Positions 1 through 12,978 of a stretch of DNA of 64,000 nucleotides are shown one piece after another. The DNA lies in assembly GCA_973895155.1 (NCBI GenBank), contig OZ316893.1:26338798-26402797 (forward strand), written 5' to 3'. The notes under the pieces were generated by a model that ran no database searches, was not told the origin of the DNA, and saw only the letters and a program-made list of their open reading frames with translations. This DNA comes from Marsupella aquatica. Its lineage: Eukaryota > Plantae > Marchantiophyta. The position numbers and the translations under genes are program-made. Positions within the stretch are counted from its first letter, which is position 1. Every line of letters begins with the position of its first letter.

Positions 1-3000
1 TCGCCAAGGAATACGCTGCGTCTCCATGTCCAATGATTTATCTCCTGTAAGTTTGCTCTGGGGGGACAACTATTGATAAGCTGAGGATTCATCTTCACCC
101 CTTCAATTGAAGTATTATCGTTTTTTGGTTTGAGCGATGCCGCAATAAAATTATGCCCTTTGAGTCTTGAGACAATGATCCTGGGAAAGGCGACTAATCT
201 ACACTGCCTTTATTTTGTTGTCCCAGAGATTGGCTGTTGCAAGGAAGACCAATAATGTGAGTATTGTTTACTTGCATTGACGACGATTTGTCCCTCTTAC
301 TTGCCTAATGTGCTGCATGAAAGGTTATTTCTGAGATTTATGGTGAAGAGTTTTATTAGAGATGCCACCATAGTCACAATCTCTATAGATAGAGTAGAAT
401 GCATGAACGTCGAAGGTCAATGACTCTGTGTTGTAAATAGATTGTGCAGGAGCTGACCTAAACATAACATGGTGTTACAGCGCACGAACTGATGAACCTC
501 CCATCTTGCTTTCTGATTGTCAGGTTGAAATACTTGATCCTGCTTCAGGACAACTGCAGTCGCATCTTGTCATGCCACATGAACCAGTTGAGACGCTTGG
601 ACGAGAAAGTAGGGATGCAAGTGATGCCGTTTGTGGCCTGCACCTCTATAGTGAAGGTAGCTCCTGGTAAGGGTCTCGCCAGGTGTGCTACTGCAAATAT
701 CTCTGGTTGTTTCCATACATTGTCGTTGAGAATTACGTGCTAAATAGTCTTCCTATGGACTTGTTTGTGGAAAGGGGACCGGCTGTGCTGACATGCACAG
801 AGTATGGGGACGCGGCTCTGCAGAGACTACCAAATGAGGGTCAGGTCTCACAATCTACAGAAGAGGACCAGTTGATTCTAAAATGGAATATCAGCCAGAC
901 GGGAAGTGTCCTTTGCATGAAGGTGGATGGTCATGAACAGCATGCCGTTTTTGGAGGGTGGGTATATCAATCCCAGACAAAACTGTAATGCACATATTCG
1001 AAGATTACGCAGATCCAAAAAACGATTGCAAGTCTGCAGTGGATATTACAATGACTTTCGTCACTTTTTTCCTACTTGAAATGTAATCAGTGCGATTTAT
1101 AACAAGAGTTCTCTTTCATTTCAGAAAAGGTGTGGACGTAAACGTTTGGGACGTGGCCAAGAATTCAAAACTTTGGAGTGCCAAAACTGTAAGGGCATCT
1201 GCAGTTGGATTATCCAGTTCTGTGTAACACTTAAGAAATCTCCCCTTTACACAATTCGTTACTTCTAGGATCTCGCAGCTATTGAAGAATAAATCTGATT
1301 GTGGTGTGGCTGATTTATTGTGCACTATTCTCTTGCATTCGCAGCCTCATCGTGACAATCTTGGATTGATTTCCCCAGCATGGGTTACATCTATTACTTT
1401 TCTTAGTAAAGACGATCATCGCAAGATAGTAGTGGGAACAGGACACCATCAGGTATGACATCGCTGTAAGCTTTCCAAGCCCATTTACAACTCAATAATT
1501 TTGAACGGTAGATCTAGTAATATTCAAGCAGTGTAGTCTTCTCTGATGAAAGCTGCATGTGACAAGTTGGTGAGCTAAGAAACAGCTATTGAAAGGGTGA
1601 ATCATGCTACTTAGTACTCTACGTATTTAGTTGACTGCACGCAGAGCAAATCTGCCTGACATATGGCATGTAGTGATATCGATATTTCACGCGCTGTTAA
1701 AATCTCAAACTGTTTTTCTTTCAGGTCCGTCTTTATGATATTGGAGCCCAAAGGAGACCTGTACATGCATTTGAGTATGGGGAGTCTCCGATCAAAACTG
1801 TTACTGAGGATCCTGATGGTAATTCAGTCTATGTGGGAACTGGTGGTGGTGACTTGGCCTGTTTTGACATGAGAACGGGTATGTGCTTGACAGCATTGAT
1901 CTGATCGTGCATTGAGAAAGGCTGCCGCAGGCTTTTTATAGCTCAATTTTAAATTGAAGCAGCTGCTACAACTTTTCCCATTAGTTGAGGTCACTGGGTA
2001 GGAAATGCTGTGGTTCTTCATAAGTTTATCCTTAGCTGGGTAAGTACACATGCCTTTATAAGGCATCAAGGGTCTCTTTGTGTAATCGTAGCTTCGTATC
2101 ATCTACGAGCGTAGAGATGATAGTCGAAGCAAAAGGATTGGGAGCTGTATTTAGATTTTCACAACGTAGAGGTGCGATTCAATCTCTGATGCGATACAGC
2201 GGTTCATGCAGGAAAGTTACTTGGTGGATTTAAAGGAAAGTGTGCTGGGAGCATAAGATCAGTTGTTCGACATCCTGTTTTGCCTATGATTGCATCTTGC
2301 GGTAAGATTTGAGTAGTCTGCCCTCCTCCTCTATATATCCGCCTTCTGCAAAACTTTTGGTTTTCTAGTATGCAACATATTAAGCTCATGTGTAGTTCAT
2401 TTTTCAACTTTATGTAGCTCAAGTTAGGTGTCCTTTTTTCATATCAGCTCTGAGCTTTCTTTTGTACGGTTTTGCACTTTTATCTGGAAGGAAATGTACT
2501 CCTCACAGTGGCATTCTTTCTCGCCTCGACTAAAGTATGATGCAACGTGTATTCACTGTTACAGGGCTAGATCGCTACTTAAGAATTCATGATACAAAGA
2601 CGCGACAACTTCTTGCCTCGGTATCATCTTCCTACTCGTCTTGATCACGTCTAAGTCCATCAGAGTAATTAACAATTGGTTGCAATATGGACGCATACAT
2701 TATTTGGCAAATGTAGTGTTCATAGCAAGTTGCTAAATGGAAATAAGCTGGACAACTTACATGCTGTAATGTGGTTATCATTGCAGTTGTTTCTAAAGCA
2801 GCAACTGGTTTCTGTGGTGTTTGATGTCCAAGCAAATATATCGACGAAGGTAGCTCCTGTGGCATCAGGTTGGTGGAATTAATTGATGAGTTGGCGGTTA
2901 TGCATTTCGCTTTCGGAAGATGAGGTGCTCAATTTCTTTGTAGGGATTGCCATTTTCTCACGATTTATGAAGGACTCTGTTTGGATCCATGCAATTTCCA

Positions 3001-3443
3001 TCAGTTCCCATCAGACCACGTCGTTTACTACTGACCTCTGCCCCTTGCCCAGTTCCCTGTTACTGTTCTTCTCTGTTTTCACTCTTAGATACGCTCTTGT
3101 CTATACCTCGTTTAACAAATTTGCTCGATAGTGTTTTGATGTTCCGTTACTTGGTGCAGATACTACTGTATTAGAAAAGACAACCGCGGAACACGGAGAA
3201 GAGGAAGAGGAAGAAGAAGAAGAAGAGGAGAAGCCTGCTGCCAGAAAGAGGCCGAAACCTGTAGAGAAAAGAATGAAAGTGCGGAAGGCAAAACCAAGAA
3301 CGTCTACGTCTGATGTCTCTGATAGTATCAAAGAGAACCAAGAGGACATCAGGTTAGAGCACAAGTCAAGATCATTGAAGAGAACAGAAAAGGAACGGAA
3401 AGCATCCAAATTAAAAGTCAAGAGATCTAAAGCAGAGGCATGA
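1..3443 (+). CDS. WDR74: WD40-repeat ribosome biogenesis factor WDR74/NSA1 homolog; multi-exon, 5' end lies outside the window
   Basis: Spliced exons translate to VEILDPASGQ..., KGVDVNVWDVAKNSKLWSAKT, PHRDNLGLISPAWVTSITFLSKDDHRKIVVGTGHHQ, VRLYDIGAQRRPV...GDLACFDMRT, GKLLGGFKGKCAGSIRSVVRHP and GLDRYLRIHDTKTRQLL. These are recognisable NSA1/WDR74 motifs. The last exon is acidic then Lys/Arg-rich and ends at TGA 3441-3443. Borders are GT-AG. Confidence 0.88.
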
Positions 3444-5566
3444 TAACGCGAATGCCAGAGATTCTCGAGCTGTCAAGTGGAATTACCCCTATGCAACGAT
3501 CATTTGAAATATGAATGCTGTAAGACTACCTGATTTTCCGGATGAAGGAGTGAAAGCAAGATGTATACGATTGTTCTGCTCAATGCATGTCCCATTCTAC
3601 TTGGCGTCAGACCCGTGGACGCCGAGAGATGGAGAGAGTTCTAATGGGGTGGGTCTGAAGACTCTAGGTATTACTATCTGAAACACATACCATTGAAGGT
3701 GATGAAAAGGTAGCAGATCCGCGGAGTTCACCTCTACTGTACAGACCGTCTATGTTTGGACGATGTACTTCCAAATGCAGTGTATTGAGAATACGTTGGC
3801 TTGGAATGAATCCAGTATCCAATTTGTCGCGATATACTTCATCGTCTACGAGAGGCAATTTTGCAAGTCAACAGCTAATGGATAATAAAGTGGTAGTAAG
3901 TGCAATTGAATAAGTTGGTTACGGTCCGAGTGGACTACGTAATTTATGAATCTTTTTTTATTTTGATTCGCCCTGGTTCATTTTCTAGTAAAAACATGGA
4001 CCAGGAAACCTCACATTGTGTGAGGAGTATCTAGTCTCTCAGATGCTTCCTTAGACATAGTGACAAGCACTGCAGCTAATACTCACAATCCCTCCTGTGC
4101 TCCCCCCCAATTTAATTCACTCACTCCCGCTTATTGCCCCTCGAGTTGAGCCCAACTTGGAAAGGTCTCTTCGATCTCGCTTTTACGATTGGGGGTGTCT
4201 AGGAGCTTTTAGTGTGCCCAGATACTAATGTGCTTTTGCTGCTACCAACGCGGGTGCCTGTGGGCAAAAGATAGGCGTTCGTTTGCTCGAATGCTCTTGA
4301 CACTCCCGACATTCACCACTTGCTTGTTTACGGCTATATATAATCAATGTTTTACTTGAAAACCGAGTATGGAAGTTGCGGACCCAAGCAGATCCGCAGC
4401 GAGTTGCTGAGTTCTTTCTCTGATATTTTGGACACTCCCATAGTAGCCTCGGGCTTTTATGGTGGGCCTTTTGTTGATTTCATCAGGCGGCATTTGTTTA
4501 TTCATTCGCTTTGCGAGAAGTTTCGAATTTCGCTTTAAGTCACTAGACATTACGTTGTGATTAACATTACTTTGTGATCCCACTACACTGCACTACTACA
4601 AGTCAGTCAACACTAACAATGTATGGCCTGTCTTCCACTTCTGTAAGGTGTGCTCGAGGCACTTTAACGCTCAGGGGTCCTTAACATTATCTGTTGCGGT
4701 AGTTGGATGTACGAACCGATTCGCACGGTGTCAATACGACTGGTTTTTATTTCGTCCATCATTCGGTTCTTTGAGATTCACAGGTCCAATTTACCGCTGC
4801 AGGTGTGTAATTTAACGCTGGCCACAATTGTACACTCTAAACTTTGGCTAAAATGATTTTCATGTCCACTTCATTAGCTGACATGTCAAGATCCCCGTAA
4901 CATGGCATTTCCATGCGAGGGGTTCAATCAACACAAAGAAAAAGGTTTATAAGCAAGGAAGGTTGAAACTGAGACAGGAAAAGGAAATCAGCAACTGCAA
5001 TCACAACTTACCCACCTAAGCGAGATGACCGCTTCGTCAGGAAGATATGCTACAAATACTTATCGTCAAGGAGAGCGCGGTCAGTGTATTCTCTGTTCGG
5101 AACTCCTACACCTTTAACATTGCAGTTTTTGTGACAATTTCCATTGCCCAACATCATCTGTCACTGTTGGCAATGACGTACTTCAACAACCGTAGGAGGT
5201 GACTTCACAGCATCTTCAAGGAGAGGTTCCCTTCTTCCTCGTGTCACTAATCTCAAAGAGGAAGCTGTTGTACAGACCACTCTAGAACATATCTTTTCCT
5301 GCTTGTCCTCCACGGTTACCACGAAGAGCATAGCTACACCACACTTACTTACATAACAGCTTTGCCATACTTTAGCATTGAAAAAGGGCAACTATTGCCA
5401 GTTTGGGGAGATTGAACATACAGGTGTAAGGTTTCAGGAAGATCGAAGGACATTTGGAATATACGGAGTAACATCTAAATTAACAATACATTATACAGGC
5501 TCAGAATGTGCAAACAATCAGAACCACTGGCGTCGACAATTTTGAGGGCAACCCGGCGTGAACTCC

Positions 5567-7899
5567 TCATGTGGACTTTTGCTTCGGGGGAGGTGGTAGC
5601 AACTGCAACAAAGCACTCACTCTTAGTCCAGTGTCAAAGAGAAAACGTGAAGAAATTGTAAGAAAAACAAGTGCAGCACACGTAATGTGCTAAGTCGATA
5701 TTTGCTTCTATAAAGCGACCAAATCAGGTCATTGCATCTTGTTCACCTGGTAGCAGGAGATGAGGGAGGTGATAAAACCACATGCCCCAGTTACTCGTGG
5801 GGTGATAGTCTTCGGAGCCAGTTGAAGAAGACCAATGGCAACAAAAATATCCAATCCTGACTTCACAAAACTCAACGTTCTCTCCTTCGACTGTTTATTG
5901 TACTCTTTAATTTCCTCCCTCTGCCAGAATAGCAACAATTTAAATCTTGGAAGTTCCAAAACAACTGCAGGGTTAGAGGTATCACATGCAACTTGCAGTC
6001 CAACTTTCGCATTCAACAAGAATAACAAATCTCCTCAAACAAGTACCTCCAGCATTGTGGGAGAAACATCCAAGGTTAATACAAGAGTTTCGAGTTTTAT
6101 CACACCAGTTTGACGACAGTATCTGGGGCACCGGTTTGCTTAGCTCGTCTCAAGTCCTTCGCAGTCTTTTTGACTGAAACGGCTACACGGCTCAACTCTG
6201 CAACCTGTTGGTAAAAATGTCAGGCACACTCAATTCCAACTAAAGTACTCCTGTACCCCTCTAGGCGTGAGAAACATTCTCAAAGTCCAAACATTCTCAA
6301 AGTCCAGCCTGTCGGTTTCGTGAGGCACCAAGGCACTGACATGCACAACCTTCAAAATCTAGCTAAAAGATCATCCTCACAAGCAGAAAAATCCGATCAA
6401 GTCCAGTAAAACACTTACTTCAACGAGTCCGGCACAGAAAGTTCCAGCCATCCAGCAATACAACGAAATTCTCCCCAAAAAATCTGTTTGTTCCTTGTTC
6501 TAACAGAGCCAACGAAACCCAAGTCCAGTGAGTTAGTCACTTCTTTCAAAGGGAAAGACGGGCAACGAAAAGGAGGGCAGTTCTCCGTTCATAAATTGCT
6601 TTCCAAATTATGGAGACTTTAGTCTCCAAAAAGAAAACACGAAAGCAATAATCAAGGAGGGAATAAGCAGTAGGGTTGAATCTCAAAAACCTTGTAGATG
6701 CCGCTCCGTCCAAGCCACACAACTTGATCAAGGGCAAAGAAAGTCCCAACCAAAACGTTTTTCGACTGCAAACACAGATAACGAGTCACCCTTCAGAGTT
6801 CTAACCAAAGACGCATTACTTGACCGGACATTACCAGCGAAACCCAGCAAGCTAAAGAACCCACAACCAAAGAGAGAGTATCGGCGAACAGAAACAACCG
6901 AGAAATGCCCTGTAGCACAGTCGATCTTCCGCCCTTCTACGGCACTCTAGGATAGTGGAGAAAACTACCTTCCCAAGTAGTACGATTGGCAAGGGCGTTG
7001 TTTTAGGTGCAGGGGCCAGCAACGCATGCAACTCATTCACGGTCTGTCATCCACAAAGTAACGATGAGTAGATTAGAACCATTCAATTGAAAAACTTCAC
7101 ATCGAAAATAATCACGAGGAATGAGAATTTCGTCATATGGAACAACATGGCATGAACAGGATAGCGAGCTGTCTGCTCTGCTGTGACCTGGTCATGAATG
7201 AATGAATGAATGCTTCTAAGGTCCGGCCTCTTATAGCAGTAGCATCCCATTTGCTTCAATTTGCGACCAAACGACAAGGGCGCAACAAAACCCCAATTCT
7301 TCTTGACTCTTTTCTATCTGGTCCTCTCCCAAAGAAACTCTCCTACGAAAGGATTCGAAACAAACGAACCCCAAAATTTTTGAGGTCAAGCCTCTTGTGT
7401 CAACACCAATTTGCCGTGATTTTTGTGGGTAGAAAACTATGTCAATTGCTGCATGCAGTAGAGCTACCAACAAGGTCTATTCTCTCTAAACCGACCAACA
7501 CACAAACGAGCACCACGCATCCCCGCCGTCACCAGGCGCCCTAAACCCTCTGGTACACTAAAGGGGATCGAAATATTCACGAGCAAAGTAAAGTTGACAA
7601 GCCCGTAGAGAGAAGAGGCGGCCATTCAGCCCTGTGACAACCAAACGATCCCCAGTCACTCACTAAATGAGAGGCAAGACAGAGACTCAAACAGACAGAC
7701 AGACCTTTAGAAGACGAAACACTTTTCGAGCCAAGCTGGTGTTCTTTTCGACGGTGGCAGCAGTGCCGGGCTGGCCATCGCTAACAAACTTGGAGCCATA
7801 CTGAATGGCACGGCAAACTTTATCCCTCGTTTCCGCCTTGCCCAAGTAGAGAGCCAGAGACGCCACCTCCGCCCTCGTCAAGTCCAGCGTCGTCGCCAT
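5567..7899 (-). CDS. PEX11: Peroxisomal biogenesis protein PEX11 (PEX11c/d/e clade), 7 coding exons
   Basis: Exons read MATTLDLTRAEVASLALYLGKAETRDKVCRAIQYGSKF...SLARKVFRLLK | TVNELHALLAP...LLGK | SKNVLVGTFFALDQVVWLGRSGIYK | NKEQTDFLGRISLYCWMAG...VE | VAELSR... | ...VKSGLDIFVAIGLLQLAPKTITPRVTGACGFITSLISCYQ | LLPPPPKQKST*. These are diagnostic plant PEX11c-e motifs. Confidence 0.95.
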
Positions 7900-8312
7900 A
7901 CTCTTCACTACTATAATTGCTTCCCACCACCACCACCACACAGCAACAACTCAATCGATCAGTCAATCTATCACCTCGTCACCTTTCCTTTCCTTCCACT
8001 GCGCATTCACCTCGAATTGCTCGGCTGCAGCTTGGAAATCCGTCTCTGATTCTTACCATCCGTCAGTCACCCACTCACTCACCTCAGATCATCATCAGCG
8101 AAATGTGGGGCTGGAAAGTCCAAACCCAGAAGGCAAAACAGGAGCAGGAGAAAACGAATGAGAACACGATGGAGAATTCCCCGACGGTTAAGACGGGACT
8201 GAAGGGATCGGATTCAACGGAATCGAAAAGCATCTCTCAGAAAACGTCTTCCACAAATTCTCATCGAAAGACTGCTTTGCTTGCTTGGTGGGTGGTGTGC
8301 CTTGGATCGTGC

Positions 8313-8365
8313 TGGGTTGGGTTGGGTTGGGTTGGGTTGGGTTGGGTTGAGGTGGGTTGGGTTGG
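8313..8365. repeat. (GGGTT)n microsatellite upstream of PEX11
   Basis: About 10 consecutive TGGGT/GGGTT units, read directly. Confidence 0.9.
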
Positions 8366-8489
8366 CTGAGTTGGATGGATGGGTGGCAAGGTTCTTACTT
8401 TCCTTCTCTGTTCTGTGTTGGTGGGTTAGTGGGATGGGGTGGGCTGCTGTGATTGGTTGATGAAAGAGTACTGTCCAGTCCACTACTTC

Positions 8490-8945
8490 AGTGGCCCACT
8501 CCCTCCCACCCTCCCCAGTCTCTCTCCCAAGAGCCATTCCTGAAGCCATGGCTTGGGAAAGTAAGGGAAGGGAAGCAAAGTGGAAGAGCATTGCAAAGTG
8601 GCGCCTTCCCTCCAGAGTCTCTTTGCCCAAATTCTCCATCCCTGAAGCGCCATGGTTTGGGATGGGAAGGGAAGGCAGAGTGGCACCCTCCCTCCCGAGT
8701 CTCTCTCCCAAAATCTCCATCCCTGAGCCATGGCTTGGGAAGGGAAGGGAAGGGAAGGGAAGGGAAGTGGCACCCTCCCTCATGAGTCTCTCCCCCAAAA
8801 TCTCCATCCCTGAACCAAAGCCATGGCTTGGGATGGGATGTGAAAAGAAGAGCAGGCAAAGTGGCACCCTCCCTCCCAAGTTCTCTCTCCCAAAATCTTC
8901 ATCCGGGAAGGGAAGAGCAGCCAAAGTGGCAAAGGGACATCCCCC
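8490..8945. repeat. Degenerate tandem array, ~4-5 units of ~85-130 bp (CCATGGCTTGGG...GGGAA...GTGGCACCCTCCCTC...CCCAAAATCTCCATCCCTG)
   Basis: The motifs ccatggcttggg, gtggcaccctccctc and cccaaaatctccatccctga recur. The overlapping ORFs here are repetitive as a result. Confidence 0.85.
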
Positions 8946-9248
8946 CACCCTGTGTGAAACCACCCTGACCATTAAATGGGGGTGCTAACATTCACGATGG
9001 CCCGACATTAATTGTGGGCGTCAACAATAAATATGGAGAGCTGGGTGGGCCAATCCTAGAGGGTAATGTAGCTCTGAGCAATGGAGAAAAGGGTTAGGAG
9101 AGCACACAACTAAAATCGAAGGTTTGAAGAGAAATACTAGGAGGAGCTGCAGAATTTGGACTACTGGTGGGATGGTTTTTTACCCTAGTTAATGGAAGTT
9201 GTATTTATCTACTAGGCCCTTGGTTGTCCACTTTGTCACCCCAATTTT

Positions 9249-9705
9249 AATCCTCTCCCTCCTGGTGCAGGTCCCTCTCGGATCAGTGGGGGTCGCCTGA
9301 AACGGGGTTCCCTACAATAGGGCGTCTCAAATATTGAAAAAAACCCACCTCCCGTAAGTCTCGTTCAGGTGCACCTAAATTGGGTATAGCCGGGCAGTGA
9401 TCTTTTTGGGCTCTCAGATTTTAGAGGGGTCGCGGAAGTGTGTGGAAAATGGCAACGTGAGGTAACAAACATGCTGAGACTGGGTGCTCTCCTTGTAGTA
9501 GTCGGCCCTCTGTTTAGGTCATGACTCACATTAGGTGTTCAGTAGTTCCCACTGCTGGCCACAACACTCCCGGACAGAACTCACGTGCAAAAATTCATTG
9601 TATTTGAGTCGCCCTAATAAATTATGTCAATAATACTCCACTAGGGAGAGATTAGTGAGTGTTCTTCCCCATTTCCTTTCCCCATTTCCTTTCAAGACAA
9701 AGAAA
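9249..9705 (+). mobile_element. Partial copy of the SINE-like element seen at 50.15-50.64 kb (3' portion, with ~300 bp extra internal sequence)
   Basis: Shares tcctggtgcaggtc...gggggNNNNcctgaaaNgggttcNctacaa and the terminal gtgttcttccNcaNttcctttcaagacaaa with the 50.5 kb copy. Confidence 0.55.
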
Positions 9706-9882
9706 ATTCAAAAGAGACCCTGAATTCAAAAGAGACCCTGCCCAACTTGAACTTGCAGGTGAATATTTCTGAATTGGTTGCCAGTTCGTGTGGGTTCAGC
9801 TCCACAAGTTCGGCTGCCTCTGTTTCTCCAAATCGCTGGGCATCGGAGAATTTGATTCTTCGACTACAGTTTGTGCTGGGGC

Positions 9883-10008
9883 CAGCGTTGGTGGAATGTG
9901 AGATTAAACACATGCCTCGGTTTTCAATTTGAGGTCCTTAGTTTCGTTCAGCATTGGTGGAATGTGAGAGTAAACACATCACTCGGTTTTCAATTTGAGG
10001 TTCTTAGT
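9883..10008. repeat. Tandem duplication of a ~65-bp unit (cagcRttggtggaatgtgaga...cggttttcaatttgagg)
   Basis: Two near-identical adjacent copies. Confidence 0.8.
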
Positions 10009-10069
10009 TTGTGGCTCGCCTTCTGAGTTGTTCCTTGTTTTCTGCTCTCTCCGGCGAATTTTTCTGTTC

Positions 10070-10170
10070 CTCGAGACTGCTGTTTTAGTTTCTCGAGACT
10101 GCTGTTTCTGTTTCTCGAGAATGCTGTTTTTGTTTCTCGAGAATGCTGTTTCTGTTTCTCGAGACTGCTG
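10070..10170. repeat. 22-bp minisatellite (ctcgagaMtgctgtttYtgttt) x ~4.5, upstream of MED6
   Basis: Tandem units read directly. Confidence 0.9.
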
Positions 10171-10972
10171 GGCATGCAAAGATGTGACGCGCAAAATGTG
10201 GTGGTTTAAATGCTGTGAGCTGCTGTTCGTCCAAAGTCATTGCTATCAGCCAGAAATCGACTCAGTCGGGATCACTGTTAGGTCGGAGACAGATTATCAT
10301 TGCCAAGACAATGCTGATCTAACGCTTAACTACCAGTGAGCATTTCATGATCTACATGCACATATTTTCTTATAACATTTTGTTTCGCTCCCTTTATTGG
10401 TAACTCTGTTTGTTTTTTATTTTCGGCTGCCTGCTATCTTTTCGATTGATTTCTTGCTTGAGCACGATGAAGATTCAGTTGCATCTGGGAGGAAATTGCT
10501 TAGTACTCAGAACATTATCTTGCATCTTCCCAAAGGACTGGCTTCACAGGTAGATACATAGGCTCGAATTGAATTGATTTAGCCAGGCCTGAAGGATTTG
10601 TGGCTCGAGCGATGTGCCAAACAACCGTTCAGCGAATACATATGGCATCCCTGTACTTACCGAGTCCTAAAATCGCTCTTCGGTTTGGTCCCTGTGTCTG
10701 AGGCGACACTTGAGCATGGAAGAGGATATAGGGTTGGAAAGAGAGATTTGAGACAAAGCGATTTGCAGTTACAGGAATCATAACCTCATAATTCAGCTTG
10801 GAATGACAGAGTCCATACCCAAATTGACGATGTGTTCACTGTTTCGTCTGACCAGAATCTATGGATTCAAACCTTCGAATATTTTTGCTTGCTGGATGTA
10901 AACCCCAGTTTCCCTAGGTAAGCTGAGCGCATAAAATGTTAAAGGTCATTAACTTAATTCTGGTGCAGGGAC

Positions 10973-12978
10973 ATGGATCCTGGGGCAGGAGTGGGGCAAG
11001 TGGCCGGGCCAGGGCAAACACCCGGCACAGATATGACGAGCATCAGTTTTCGTGATCAACTCTGGCTCAACAGTTTCCCTTTGGATTGTGCTTTGGTGTT
11101 CGACTACTTTGCACTCTCTCCTTTCTATGACCGGACATGCTCCAACGAGCAACTGCGCATTCGCTCTATCCACCCGCTGGACGCCGCCAATTTGAAGTAC
11201 CTTCTCCCTCCCTCTCTAAGTGTCTAAGTTCACCAATGTCAAGCTTTGTTTCTGAATCGTGTCCGGGAATAAGTATAAAATCCAGTTTTTCTCAGTTATT
11301 TATACACAAAACAAACAAAGTTCCCCAAAACAAGGTTCATTTTGGTGTCATAGGCAGATGCACATGTGCATGTGTCCTCTGCATAGGCAAAGAAGGCGTC
11401 AAGGAGAACGGATGAACCAAAAATACCTGAAATCTTTTGCTTCACTCTAGGGAAGAGGTGACTGTTCGCAAACAGGTTTGCTTAGGGTTTCAAACGAGAA
11501 TTCAACAAGGGACCATTTCAGACAATTATTTGAAGCCAGCATAGCGCTCCACATTGAGTCTTGTCCTCATCCCAGATCCAGTCCCTCGATTTCTAGGTTG
11601 GAGAATTAATCTTTTAAACCTTTGCTCCGATAACAGAAGGAAGCTGCTTAAGTGTGGCGCCTCTGATGAAAGAACAGAAACGACAGCCCTGATGGGCTCA
11701 CAATCTTTGACCATTTTCTGCATGGACTTCAGTTCCTTTGATTCATTTCGCACTGCTGCTGCAATCTGCATCTCTTCTATCCTGTAGAAGTCTTAGGGCT
11801 TGTGTTCGTCTGAACTGGATGTCCGTTCCTAAATTGCTGTGGCATGCTGTGAGTGGACTCACCAGAATCTCGGTCTGCTTATGCAGGAACATGATAGGGA
11901 TTGAATATATTCTTCATGAAGCACAAGAGCCTCACCTCTTTGTCATACGCAAGCAAAAACGTGACGGCCCTGAGAAAGTCAACCCGCTTTGTGCATATTA
12001 CGTCCTGGATGGCTCCATCTACCAAGCACCTCAATTGTACAGTGTCGTGTCCTCCAGAGCTGTAAGTGTTCCGAACTGCTTTATTAAAGTGCCGCTCATT
12101 CTTTGTAGTAAGCTCAAGTGGCTGGGTCAGATTTTCATTCTTCGCTTCTATTTCAATGTAATGGATTTATTCTTATAAGTTTTGCATGGCACATCAATCT
12201 CCGACGGCTTGGACGCATGTCATCAACCGTCCACTATTGAAACCGTATAATTTTGGGTGTTTTCTGACAGGTTTTTGGTCAGATTTTCTGGGACTCATCT
12301 TATCAGCCTGTTGTGACGCAGGTCCGTGCTCTCTATCATATTACTAAGGCTTTTTCACAGGTTGCTACGAAACTCGAAAGGCTTGGACATGGTAATGCTC
12401 ATTTGGTGAACCAGCATATTGAAATCCCCTTTACAGATATCGAATGCGATTTTAGGGCAGCTTCAGGTCTCGTGATGCATGCTTATGTTAAGCACTGGTA
12501 TCTCTTTGTAGACGCAGAAAGTGAAAATACAAAGTCGAAGTCAGAGGATCCTAAAGGTGATGAAATCAGTCAAAAGAAAGTGGCTGAGAAAACACCCGAC
12601 GTAAAGGAAGCTCTTCGTATTGATCAAATACTAGCTGGCGTTTTCCGAAGGGTAATTCCAAGCAAACTATCTTGCATATCTGAACCATTCTTTCAACATG
12701 ATTGATATGTTTAACACTCGTCTTTTTAAACCGTATGTGCATCTTGTCTTCAATTGTTTCCGTCACAGATTTTGTGCGTTGAGTTTGCTGACCCAGTTGT
12801 GCATGTTGTGTAGCTACCTGCTGCACCTCCTCCACCCCCATTTCCTGTTGTTGTCCCACCAGCAGAGGCACCACAGCCCCAAGGTAGTCAGCAGGGACAG
12901 TTACCTGGAGATGGTGTGGGCGGTGTGGCCTCTGATCTGGGACCTCCGAGCAAGAGGACGAAAATAGAAAGGCAATGA
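10973..12978 (+). CDS. MED6: Mediator of RNA polymerase II transcription subunit 6
   Basis: Exons 10973-11196, 11887-12061, 12322-12391, 12512-12651 and 12814-12978 join in frame with GT-AG borders. Motifs [58 protein letters not shown] and the C-terminal GPPSKRTK match MED6. Confidence 0.96.

Noticed and set aside
8214-8988. Several long overlapping ORFs (up to 252 aa)
   Set aside because: They are explained by a stop-poor tandem array and are repetitive in multiple frames on both strands.
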